A stretch of DNA of 64,000 nt from Myxococcota bacterium (lineage in GTDB: Bacteria; Myxococcota; Kuafuiibacteriia; Kuafuiibacteriales; Kuafuiibacteriaceae): NCBI GenBank assembly GCA_036337945.1, contig JAYZDF010000029.1, forward strand, positions 19,040-83,039. Direction: 5' to 3'. A program made the position numbers and the translations under genes. Position 1 is the stretch's first letter. Each line of letters opens with the position of its first letter. Positions 27,196 through 36,537 of the stretch are shown in pieces. The notes under the pieces are model-generated. The model was not told where the DNA came from. It did not search any database and saw only the letters and a list, made by a program, of their open reading frames with translations.

Positions 27196-29598
27196 TTATT
27201 CTGCTGGCGGCGGAGTTCCTAGTCCACACAGCTCACGCACATTTTCATGATACCTTTGCGCAGTCCCTGCAGCTAAATAGCTCCTGCATGCGAGCTTAGC
27301 ATCGGGCTGCTGCATTGCCTCTAGCTTTGAGAGTGTACGAATGACCTGATACCAGCCATCGAGCTGCCCGAATTCGGCAGCCTTTTTGAAACATTTAATC
27401 GCAACGAGTTCTTCACCCAGTTTTTCCTTCAATTTGCCGTACTCCATCAGGACCTCAGCTTGAACATTGGTGGAATATCGAGTCATATTTTCGATGGCTT
27501 TTTCGAGAGACTTAAGGGCACCTTTCTCGTCGCTCATCGCGCGCATATAAACCGCTTGTTGGACCAAAGCGCGAACATGTTCGCTGCTACTTTTGACAAA
27601 CTCTTCATGGAACTTAGCACCCTCGGGAGATTTTCGTTGAGCGAGCATTCGTCCTTTCACCACGAGCGCATCAATATTCGAAGGATTGCCTTTTAGTACG
27701 ACCTCGAGGCGCTTTGATGCATCGTCATATTTCCTAGCCGCGATCTCTGCTTCGGCCACACCAATGAGAAACGCTGGGCGATTGGGCTCTAGTGATAGTG
27801 CTTGCTTGAGTGGCACAATCGCTTTTTCTGGCCTACCAAGCTTTAGAAGCCATTTTCCTTTGCCATATGGGAAGTCCGCGTTTTTTGGATCTTTTTCTAC
27901 CGCGTCTTTGTATGCAATTTCCGCCGCAGCATCTTCACCCGCCGAGCGAAGGACTTCACTTCGAGCATACTCTGCTAGCGCTCTGTTCTGCTCTGACACG
28001 TCTTTTGGGTACTTACGCAGAAACTCTCGAAACGCTTTGATGTCCTGATCACTCTGAGCCAATTGTCCGCGCTGAAGTCGAACGAGCGCTCTTTCGATGC
28101 GCGCCGTGGGGTGGTCTCCACCGCCGGCCATTTTCAGCGCCTTTGTATAATGAAATTCAGCTTTACCTAATCGGCCTGCTCTAAAATATGCTCTCGCGCT
28201 AAGCACCCGGGCTCGGATGCTAGAAGGCTGGCGCTTCGTAACCTTTATCAAGTGCTTTACGGCACGTTCGTAATTACCAATTTCTAATTCGGCAAGGCCG
28301 AGGGTCATTTCAGCGATGGAGGCCTCTCCGCCCTGCTCTGTGACTTGCTTTAGGTAAGGCCTAAGCGATTCATAAGCTTCTTGACCACCCTTCACCCGGT
28401 CTTCGTTTCCGTACAGAAGACGCAATCCCTTTGCGGCTTGAGTATAAGAGACATTCGGCGCGTGCTTTTCAGCGGACGCTAGCGTTTGGTCCAATTCGTT
28501 TACACGGGCAAAATCACCGTGTTCGCCCCACAAGATAGCGTACACCCTAGCTAAGTGACCAAGCGTTAATGGGTGCTTCGAATCATATTCTTGAATAATG
28601 CGTTCATAGGTCTTTGCAGCAGACTGGTAACCTCGAAAAGTATCCTGCTTTTCCGCACGCTTGCCCTGAACCGTAAGCTTCGCAATTTCTTCGGTCCGAT
28701 TTTTCTCATAAAACCGATACGCGACGATACCCCCGACCAGAATCAAACAAATGAAAACCAAAGCTACAGACAAAGCTGGGTTTCCTTTCTTTTCCCCCGT
28801 GTTAGCTACCTCATTTGCTAACGCCTCGAGTTCATCTTCTCCTTCTAGCTTTTGCCTTCCCATGGGCGCCACGCTGCCGTAGCCCGGAGGCGGCGTGGAA
28901 ATGGAGGGCGGCCCGAAAGAAACATAGCGAGGGTCAGCAGGAGCAACAGAGCCTGAACCTGCAGCCGTTCCAGAACCTGGAAACGCAGGCGGAATCGAGC
29001 CTGGATATGCAACCGGATTAGGGATGCCAGAAGCAACATCTGGAACAGGTAGATGCGACGGTGTTCGCGACGGAAAAGCGGGAGGCTGAGTCGGCATGTT
29101 TGGCGACACAGCAGCGACCGGAGGCGCGATTTCGACTCCTCTCTCCCTCAAAGCCTCCAAGATCTTTTCGTCATTCGGCAGCTTTTCGTAGATAAGTTTT
29201 AGATCGGCGACAGCACCGGCTTCATCCCCACTTTGCTGCCTAATTTCTGAACGGGCCCAAAGGTACTGTGTTTCTCCGGGGGTTGAAGCAATGACTCCAT
29301 CGAGGTGTTTAAGCGCGCGACTATATTTTTTCTGAGCACCATAAATCTTCGCGAGTAAAATCTGACCTGAAACTGAACCGGGCTGCGTCTTCAATCCTTT
29401 CTTGCAGACCACCATGGCCTCCATGTATCGACCAGCCTCCAGATAGGCTACGCACAAAGTTTCAAAGTCTCCAGACTTTGGATTTTGGGAAAAAGCGAGC
29501 TCCAAGTCTGCAATGGTAGAGGTGCCTCTTTTGGATCTGCGGCGCTCAGGAGTTGATGACGGTGCGCTGCTATTCGATGGATTCTCGGAATCTGACAT
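27196..29598 (-). CDS. large TPR-repeat protein with central TM segment and Pro-rich region
   Basis: An 800 aa protein with many TPR-like repeats at both ends, a Pro/Gly/Ser-rich low-complexity stretch and a hydrophobic helix (LSVALVFICLILVGGIVAY). Confidence 0.6.
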   Translation of the reverse strand: MSDSENPSNSSAPSSTPERRRSKRGTSTIADLELAFSQNPKSGDFETLCVAYLEAGRYMEAMVVCKKGLKTQPGSVSGQILLAKIYGAQKKYSRALKHLDGVIASTPGETQYLWARSEIRQQSGDEAGAVADLKLIYEKLPNDEKILEALRERGVEIAPPVAAVSPNMPTQPPAFPSRTPSHLPVPDVASGIPNPVAYPGSIPPAFPGSGTAAGSGSVAPADPRYVSFGPPSISTPPPGYGSVAPMGRQKLEGEDELEALANEVANTGEKKGNPALSVALVFICLILVGGIVAYRFYEKNRTEEIAKLTVQGKRAEKQDTFRGYQSAAKTYERIIQEYDSKHPLTLGHLARVYAILWGEHGDFARVNELDQTLASAEKHAPNVSYTQAAKGLRLLYGNEDRVKGGQEAYESLRPYLKQVTEQGGEASIAEMTLGLAELEIGNYERAVKHLIKVTKRQPSSIRARVLSARAYFRAGRLGKAEFHYTKALKMAGGGDHPTARIERALVRLQRGQLAQSDQDIKAFREFLRKYPKDVSEQNRALAEYARSEVLRSAGEDAAAEIAYKDAVEKDPKNADFPYGKGKWLLKLGRPEKAIVPLKQALSLEPNRPAFLIGVAEAEIAARKYDDASKRLEVVLKGNPSNIDALVVKGRMLAQRKSPEGAKFHEEFVKSSSEHVRALVQQAVYMRAMSDEKGALKSLEKAIENMTRYSTNVQAEVLMEYGKLKEKLGEELVAIKCFKKAAEFGQLDGWYQVIRTLSKLEAMQQPDAKLACRSYLAAGTAQRYHENVRELCGLGTPPPAE

Positions 29599-29828
29599 AT
29601 TTTACTTTCAGCCCAACTAACGCGTTAGTCGTACGTCTGAAATATCAGGACATGGATGGTTAGGTCAAAATCCCAGCGCTTAGAAATGACACCGATCTAC
29701 ACTTGTTTTTAGACCAACTCCTGCGAATACGCCCTACTCTCATCACGGCCTTGCGAGGATATAGAAGTTCTGTCAGACTTTGTTCCTAGAGGGCGATAGC
29801 TTATATTGTTCTCAAACCCAGGTAGTTT

Positions 29829-30035
29829 ATGGCTGTTCGTCCAAAAGGTCCCGTTGATAGGACCGCAAATATGTCACCCGCTCAACTTGAGATATGTAAA
29901 TCTGTCATTGATGCGACCGCAGTGATTACGAGCTCGATGGTTCAGGTCTCGAACGAGAAGAACCCTGCAAAAATTAGCGAAGCCTACAAAGTGATCTTTA
30001 AGTCCATTATGGAGACGGTGCGAAGCGCTGGATAA
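29829..30035 (+). CDS. small hypothetical protein
   Basis: A 68 aa ORF in an otherwise empty 430-nt gap. No homology recognised. Confidence 0.2.
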   Translation: MAVRPKGPVDRTANMSPAQLEICKSVIDATAVITSSMVQVSNEKNPAKISEAYKVIFKSIMETVRSAG

Positions 30036-30037
30036 CA

Positions 30038-30583
30038 CTAGTATACCCTGAAGTATTCCTCGATTTTCCGAAGCTTCGCGGGACCGATACCGCGAATTGC
30101 TCTCAGCTCCGCTAATTTTCTGATCGCGGGGACCTCTTTTTCATTTCGCCAAGCAGCAAACCTTTTAGATATAGTTCTTCCGATGCCAGGAACGATGGCG
30201 AGGTCTTTTGCAGACGCTCTATTGATGTCCATACGATCCCCTAACAACAAACGTCGAACTTGAGGTTTCGCTACCATGGATTTCCGCAGCTGACGTACCT
30301 GCTGTAACTCACGCTCCAAGAGTTCAGACTGGAGCCTTGCCTCATTGTCATGAGATATAAGCGCGAATAATGAAGCCGTCAGTAAAAGCAGCGCGCTCGC
30401 CAGAAGTCTTCGAATTTCAATGGGACTCAACAAATTTACGCGCTCATGCAGTCTAGGAATCGAGCGGCGAAGTCCGCTACTCTGCCAGACGAGCGGAACT
30501 TCTTTCTGAGGGCGAAAGATGTAACTCGAAGGCACGATGCAAAGAGCGCACCGCGAGTTCCGCGTACTTGTCTTCAATGACAA
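30038..30583 (-). CDS. ComEA-like helix-hairpin-helix DNA-binding protein
   Basis: C-terminal tandem HhH motifs (INRASAKDLAIVPGIGRTISKRF...LRAIRGIGPAKLRKIEEYF) and a TM helix. The annotated start overlaps lysC by about 100 nt, so the true start is probably internal. Confidence 0.55.
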   Translation of the reverse strand: MSLKTSTRNSRCALCIVPSSYIFRPQKEVPLVWQSSGLRRSIPRLHERVNLLSPIEIRRLLASALLLLTASLFALISHDNEARLQSELLERELQQVRQLRKSMVAKPQVRRLLLGDRMDINRASAKDLAIVPGIGRTISKRFAAWRNEKEVPAIRKLAELRAIRGIGPAKLRKIEEYFRVY

Positions 30584-31733
30584 CGCTAATTTTGATTTCG
30601 GAAGTCGAGATCATCTGGATATTAATGCGTTCGTCCGCAAGAATCTGAAACATTCGTGTCGCCACGCCCGCATGGCTTCTCATGCCAATCCCGACTACAG
30701 ACAGCTTAGCGATGGTGTCATCGTGCTCGACTCGTTCAATTCCGACCTCCGCTGCGAGTTTTTCCATCAGCTCCACGGCTCGAGACAGGTCAGAACGGGG
30801 CACCGTAAAGGTAAGATCAGTCTTCGTATCCTGTGATATGTTTTGAATAATCATATCAACAACAATTCCCGCATCTGACAGAGGCGTAAAACATTTCGTC
30901 GCGATGCCCGGGATATCTGGCACATTTCTAAGTGCGATTTTTGCTTCGTTTCGGTCACACGAAACGCCTGATACTAAAATGTGTTCCATATCTGAATCTT
31001 CCTCTGTTACTAATGTCCCTTGAGAGCGAGTGAAACTTGAACGAACCCGAAGTGGGACACCGTATTTCATTCCCATTTCGACACTTCTAATCTGTAAGAC
31101 TTTGGCCCCGGCGGATGCCATCTCTAACATCTCCTCGTAGGCAATCTTTTCCAAGCAACTTGCATCTCTGCAAATTCGTGGGTCTGCCGTATAGACCCCA
31201 TCGACGTCTGTATAGATATCACAAGCTCCCGACAATGCTGCGGCAATAGCGACGGCCGTCGTGTCTGAGCCACCTCTCCCTAAGGTCGTTACCTCTCCAG
31301 AGTCACTCGTACCCTGGAATCCTGCGGCAACAACCACCTCATCGTTCGCGAATGCTCTTTCAAAGGTCTCTGTATCGATACCTAGAATTCGAGCTCGAGT
31401 ATGATCCTCTGTCGTCTTCATACCCATTTGAAAGCCCAACAGTGAACGAGCGGGGACACCGCTCTCATTCAGAATCATCGCTAGCATCGCGGCGGACACT
31501 TGTTCTCCGGTTGCAACCATACAATCCAGTTCTCTTGGAGTTGGCGCCTTAACCGCTTTGTGCGCGAGTTCGAGCAATCGATTCGTTTCCCCGGACATCG
31601 CACTGACCACGACGACAAGATTCTTACCGCTCGCTTTCTCATCTCGTATTATCTCGGCAACGTTTCGCATTCTATCAAGGTCACCAACCGAGGTTCCGCC
31701 AAACTTGAGAACTAATGTCGATAAATCACTCAC
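30477..31733 (-). CDS. lysC: aspartate kinase
   Basis: Aspartokinase N-terminus (LVLKFGGTSVGDLDRMRNVAEII), catalytic core and C-terminal ACT domains. Confidence 0.9.
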   Translation of the reverse strand: MSDLSTLVLKFGGTSVGDLDRMRNVAEIIRDEKASGKNLVVVVSAMSGETNRLLELAHKAVKAPTPRELDCMVATGEQVSAAMLAMILNESGVPARSLLGFQMGMKTTEDHTRARILGIDTETFERAFANDEVVVAAGFQGTSDSGEVTTLGRGGSDTTAVAIAAALSGACDIYTDVDGVYTADPRICRDASCLEKIAYEEMLEMASAGAKVLQIRSVEMGMKYGVPLRVRSSFTRSQGTLVTEEDSDMEHILVSGVSCDRNEAKIALRNVPDIPGIATKCFTPLSDAGIVVDMIIQNISQDTKTDLTFTVPRSDLSRAVELMEKLAAEVGIERVEHDDTIAKLSVVGIGMRSHAGVATRMFQILADERINIQMISTSEIKISVVIEDKYAELAVRSLHRAFELHLSPSERSSARLAE

Positions 31734-31812
31734 CGTGCTGCAGCATAAACATCAAATGTTCCAAAGGGCTAGTGTAAGTGCCCTCATTTTCATTCCAGAC
31801 ATCCAGAGGTTC

Positions 31813-34350
31813 TTAGTCACCAAGCAAACGCTTGAGCGCGCCAATCTTTTTGCGGACCGCGGCTTCGTCCGCAGGTTTGCGAGCCAGCTCCAGATATTTT
31901 TCGTACGATTGCATAGCTTTTTTAGGTTGATTCAATCGACCATAGAACAAACCAAGCTGTTTATGCGCACAAGCGTTTTTAGGTTCCTTCGCGGAAAGCT
32001 TCAGAAGCGCTTTCACTCCTTCCTGGGGATAATTTAGGTGTTTCAGCGCTACGTCCTTACAAGACAGCGTTTTTTGCACTCTCTGAACCTTCTTGACCTC
32101 GCGTCGAGGCTTCTTATCGCCTCCTTGCTCCAAAGCTTGACGCCCGCGCTGAATAATCTTGGGCGAGAATTCTCGAGTTTCCATATCCCTCAAAAGAGAC
32201 TTGGCCAACTTTCTCTCATTGAGCGCAACCGCGGCGCGAAGTTCTCCCAGCGTCGCTCTTTCTAAAACCTCCGGGCTCACACCTTTTGAAAGTCTCGCTC
32301 GAACAAACTGCTGTTTTGAGCGCTCAAAGTCGGCAACTGCCAAAGATTTTTCTGCCGCTTCGAGCCAGGATTTTGCGGTTCGAGGTGCAACTAATCTCGG
32401 GATCGCAGCCTTGCTGTTCGAGCCAGCAGGCCCATTAGAACCCTTTGCGACAGGTCTGACCAATTGAGGAGCAGGAGTGGTCGCTATTGGCGTTTCAGCC
32501 ATCTGATTTGACAAACGTTTGCGGCCAATCAACAGCCCAATGGCAATGGCACAAAGAATAGCGCCCGCCATAATCGCAATCCGGTTCTGAAGCTTTCGAT
32601 TCGGTGCAGGTCGAACACCCAGGTTTTTCGCATCAATTTTGATATTCGGTCGGGGTTTTTTGCGCCCGCCCCCTTTTGCCCCGGCACGGCGTTTCTCCTG
32701 TTTTCGCTCTTGGACACCAAAGGTCCGTCGCGCGACAGCAGCGCTCGGCAGAGCCGAATTTGGCTCCTCAGAGCTCGGCGCACTCGACCATTCGGCTTTT
32801 TGACCTTGCCCTGCCTGATTATTTTTACGAGTTCGAACAATTTCTGTGGCGTCAGAAACGAAACCGGTGGCCCTAACCTGTTCGGTTCGTTCCAAGGTAC
32901 CAAAGTCGTCCGTCGACTCTTCGATCGATTCATTTTGACCGAGAAAGGCTTCAGACTCGCGAACTGTTTGCGCCCTAATACTGGCCTTCGGTTTCGTCAA
33001 AGACTCGGTGACTACAACTTGCTCGACCTGAGCGACGGCGTCACCAGCGGCCAGAGTTTCTTCCTCGGACATGGACCCATAGCGTTGAGAAGGAACAACA
33101 AGCGACGAGTTCCCTGGGGTAACGCTCTTACCTACCGACAAGTCTTGCAATGTCTGTTGATTCCGAATTTGTCGGGTCTGACGCTGTAACGCAGCATCAG
33201 GACGAGTTCCATCGGTTGGCTCTAAGTGACCAAACCGAACTTGTTGGGACGGATGAGTCGCTGTTGCAACCTCAGTCGCTGCGTTCTCCATCGCTGCTTG
33301 CAATGGCGCAGCAGGTGGCGCGGCGGCCACACCCGCCTTTGCGGGCTCTTTTCGTTCGAGACTGCCTGCAATCTCATCCAGCGCTTTCGCAATCGGCTCG
33401 GCCGACTCGAAACGATTGGCTGGGTCTTTTGCGAGCATTCTATCAAGAAGCTTCGACAAGTGTTTACCGGCAGATGTTTCTCGTTCCAACCTCCGATGCG
33501 CTTGCTTCGTAACGTTCGAGAGAATCTCCTTTACGGTCGAACCCAGAAATGGTCGCTCTCCGGTCAGCATAGTGTAAAGAAGCACACCGAGTGAGAACTG
33601 GTCCGCGCGTCCGTCGACTTCTCTCTGTTTTTCTTGCAGGCGTTCCGGCGCGAGATAGGACGGGGTGCCAAGAATATGACCGTGATTTGTCAGGCGTGTA
33701 CTCTCAGACTGGGCAATTCCAAAATCGATAAGCACAGCCTGACCACCCTCGCGAACAAAAATATTTGAGGGCTTTATGTCTCGATGAATAATCCCGCCCT
33801 TGTGAGCAACGGCCAGTGCTTCGGCTACATCACGCGTGATACGGACCGCCGTCGCGTCCGCAAGCTGCTTCTTTCGTCTCATCAGGGAGGCCAATGATTC
33901 ACCTTCCAGAAGCTCCATCACGTAGAAATAGATACAACCTGGACGGTAGATTTCTGCTCGGCTCATATTATCGGGCTCATGTCCGTAATCGAAGATTGTA
34001 ATAATTGCGGGATGTCTAAGACGTCCGACAATTTTGGTCTCACGGAGAAAACGCTGAATTGTTTCTTCCCTAATTTCTGGCTCTGACACCAGGTCAGGTT
34101 CTAATGTCTTGATTGCAACGAATCGTTCAATGTGCGGGTCCCATGCCTCATAAACAACACCCATACCTCCATGGCCCAACTCACCAAGAACCAAGTAACG
34201 CCCTAGCTTTAGTCTCTTTTCGGAATCCTCGGATCGCCCGCGGATGCGTTCAGATATCATCGACGGCAGCTCTGATAGCTCTATCCCCAATCGACTTAGC
34301 CGCTCATTGGAGCCTTTTGAATGGTTAGCTGACCCGGTCACAGACATCAT
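31813..34350 (-). CDS. serine/threonine protein kinase with C-terminal TPR region
   Basis: Hanks-type kinase motifs (GHGGMGVVYEA; VAIK; HRDIKPSNIF; DFGIA; SYLAPE). A long low-complexity linker with a TM segment is followed by a C-terminal TPR-like region. Confidence 0.85.
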   Translation of the reverse strand: MMSVTGSANHSKGSNERLSRLGIELSELPSMISERIRGRSEDSEKRLKLGRYLVLGELGHGGMGVVYEAWDPHIERFVAIKTLEPDLVSEPEIREETIQRFLRETKIVGRLRHPAIITIFDYGHEPDNMSRAEIYRPGCIYFYVMELLEGESLASLMRRKKQLADATAVRITRDVAEALAVAHKGGIIHRDIKPSNIFVREGGQAVLIDFGIAQSESTRLTNHGHILGTPSYLAPERLQEKQREVDGRADQFSLGVLLYTMLTGERPFLGSTVKEILSNVTKQAHRRLERETSAGKHLSKLLDRMLAKDPANRFESAEPIAKALDEIAGSLERKEPAKAGVAAAPPAAPLQAAMENAATEVATATHPSQQVRFGHLEPTDGTRPDAALQRQTRQIRNQQTLQDLSVGKSVTPGNSSLVVPSQRYGSMSEEETLAAGDAVAQVEQVVVTESLTKPKASIRAQTVRESEAFLGQNESIEESTDDFGTLERTEQVRATGFVSDATEIVRTRKNNQAGQGQKAEWSSAPSSEEPNSALPSAAVARRTFGVQERKQEKRRAGAKGGGRKKPRPNIKIDAKNLGVRPAPNRKLQNRIAIMAGAILCAIAIGLLIGRKRLSNQMAETPIATTPAPQLVRPVAKGSNGPAGSNSKAAIPRLVAPRTAKSWLEAAEKSLAVADFERSKQQFVRARLSKGVSPEVLERATLGELRAAVALNERKLAKSLLRDMETREFSPKIIQRGRQALEQGGDKKPRREVKKVQRVQKTLSCKDVALKHLNYPQEGVKALLKLSAKEPKNACAHKQLGLFYGRLNQPKKAMQSYEKYLELARKPADEAAVRKKIGALKRLLGD

Positions 34351-34387
34351 TATGGTAGGCCTACCCTATTCAAGGGTCAATGTATGA

Positions 34388-35335
34388 TTACAGCTTCAGG
34401 CGAATCGCCTTGTGAAAGTTGGAGAATCGGGCGGGAAGTCGACCTGGTTGTTCTCCGTCAATATCTAATAAAACGTTAGCCTCATCTCTAAAGGGGATTG
34501 CCTGAATCATTTTTCCGCGAGAAGAACGCACGCTTTGCCAGTGAATCGCGCGCCCAGCGTATAAATCGGAGGTCTTGAGCACTTCTTTCATACCTGCTCG
34601 AATCTGAGTCACTACATCGAATTCGCCGTCGTCAATCTTCGCATTGGGAGCCATATGCATCCCACCGCCAAAATATTGCCCATTAGCTATCGCAACCGTG
34701 ACAAGTGGTTCATCAACAAAGACTTCATCATCTACACTTACACGAACATGTTGGCGTCGGTATGAGGCGAGCGCGCGTAAAGTATTTATATAAAAGGAAA
34801 TGCGTCCACCGAGAGCCTTTGACCCTTTGTTGATTTTATCTGCCACCACTCCAGAAAGACCAAAACTCGCAATATTAAGAAAAGCCTGTCCTTTTGGTTG
34901 TCCTCGGTGGTCGACAAATTCGACCCAACCGAGATCACATGGCTGCGTCTTCTCTCCAGCTAAATGGGCGACAGACCCAGGAATAGTCCCGGGTAAATCA
35001 AACAATCGTGCAAAGTCGCCACCGGTTCCTGATCGTACCGCACCAATAATTATATCGTCTTTGACAAGTCGAGGATTACTGCCGTCTTTCTCGCTTTCAA
35101 ACAAGCCATTTACAACCTCGTTCATTGTGCCATCGCCACCTACAGACACAATCATTTCATAGCCGTCCATCACTGCTTGCTTTGACAAACGAGTCGCGTC
35201 GCCTGGGGCTTTCGTAAATGCGAAATCCCATTTCGTCAGAACTTTATTTAACGCTCGCTGTAGCTCCGGCCAATATCTTCCCGTCGCGCCACTTTGGCTC
35301 GCTGGATTAACAATTACGTAGGTAAAGTAACTCAT
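34388..35335 (-). CDS. diacylglycerol/lipid kinase family protein (YegS/BmrU-like)
   Basis: DAGK catalytic-domain pattern (YVIVNPASQSGATG...VSVGGDGTMNEVVNGL...GGDFARL). Confidence 0.75.
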   Translation of the reverse strand: MSYFTYVIVNPASQSGATGRYWPELQRALNKVLTKWDFAFTKAPGDATRLSKQAVMDGYEMIVSVGGDGTMNEVVNGLFESEKDGSNPRLVKDDIIIGAVRSGTGGDFARLFDLPGTIPGSVAHLAGEKTQPCDLGWVEFVDHRGQPKGQAFLNIASFGLSGVVADKINKGSKALGGRISFYINTLRALASYRRQHVRVSVDDEVFVDEPLVTVAIANGQYFGGGMHMAPNAKIDDGEFDVVTQIRAGMKEVLKTSDLYAGRAIHWQSVRSSRGKMIQAIPFRDEANVLLDIDGEQPGRLPARFSNFHKAIRLKL

Positions 35336-36537
35336 CAGAAGTCTTCCGTGTGCGCCGCAAGTATTTCCATTGCGTCAATGACTTTCTCTTTCGGTGCAAC
35401 TGAACGTAAGTGGGCAATACAGCGCGGACTGAAACTAGTTAGGCGGCTAGCATCAGACTGTCTGAGGGCAACAATCTTGGCCGAGGCCATCTCTCTTGCG
35501 GTATTCGGCCTTGTAATCGGTAGCAGACCTGCAGCGCCACAACAGTCATGCATATTTCCGGTCAGGTCGTTGAGTTCCCGAGGAATACTTCCCGTTGCCG
35601 AACTAATCAATGCATACTCCGTGCCTTTGCGCTGAAGACCATTTCGAGTGTGGCAGCACTCCGAAATAGCGAAATCTGCGAACTTTTTCGGAGAACCGGT
35701 ATCCTCACGCCCCTCAATCAACTCGCCATGTAGAAACTCAGTCACGGTCGAAATTTTCGTATCCAGCGTAACACCCATTTCGGGATAACGTTCAACAAAG
35801 GCGTGAGCGCACGCCGAGTCATGAACTATCACCGAATCTTCCTCAGACAACTTGGCGGCAACGCGTGTCGCATGCTCACGAAAGCTGTCCACATCGCCCG
35901 CCCACAAAAGAGGCAAACCGCAGCATTGCGCAGAAAGCTCACTCACTTTTACAGATTGGAGTCCATATTTCGAAACGACTCGGGCAAAGGCGCTAACACT
36001 TTCGGGCTGTTCCGCAATCGCAGAGCAACCCGCAAAGTAGAGGCTTTTATTTTCGTCATCTCTGGACGTTGTCGACGGCAAAAGCGAATCCGCGTGGCCC
36101 ATCAGTTCAGGAACTAGATCACGACCATATGGATTTCCGTTGATCGCAAACTTATCGCGTACTTCTACAACCTTCGGCGAAGCCAAGCCTGCATCTAATA
36201 CCCGTGCTCGACCTAGGGTGAGAATCGCCGGAACATCGTTGCTGTGCAAACAGACATCTGAACACGCACCGCAATGTGTACACAAGAATGGAAGCTCGGC
36301 GTAATCCTCAATCTTCGACCAACCGCGTTTTACAAAACCGCTGGCATTCACGAGATTCCAGGGTGTCGAGGTTTCTCGCCCCTCTGATTCTGCTACGGGA
36401 CAAGCCCAACGACAAAGCTTCGGGCATGTCATGCAAATGTCTATCTGCTGATCTTCTTGGTGAGAATCACCGCTTAGGATGGGCAAAGGACGCTTCACGA
36501 CTGCCTTCCTTTGAACATTCCACCAGGGTCTATGCAA
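35335..36537 (-). CDS. (Fe-S)-binding protein, GlcF/heterodisulfide-reductase-like
   Basis: Two ferredoxin-type Cys clusters (CMTCPKLCRWACP; CTHCGACSDVC) plus Cys-rich CCG-type segments. It overlaps the upstream FAD-oxidase gene. Confidence 0.7.
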   Translation of the reverse strand: MHRPWWNVQRKAVVKRPLPILSGDSHQEDQQIDICMTCPKLCRWACPVAESEGRETSTPWNLVNASGFVKRGWSKIEDYAELPFLCTHCGACSDVCLHSNDVPAILTLGRARVLDAGLASPKVVEVRDKFAINGNPYGRDLVPELMGHADSLLPSTTSRDDENKSLYFAGCSAIAEQPESVSAFARVVSKYGLQSVKVSELSAQCCGLPLLWAGDVDSFREHATRVAAKLSEEDSVIVHDSACAHAFVERYPEMGVTLDTKISTVTEFLHGELIEGREDTGSPKKFADFAISECCHTRNGLQRKGTEYALISSATGSIPRELNDLTGNMHDCCGAAGLLPITRPNTAREMASAKIVALRQSDASRLTSFSPRCIAHLRSVAPKEKVIDAMEILAAHTEDF

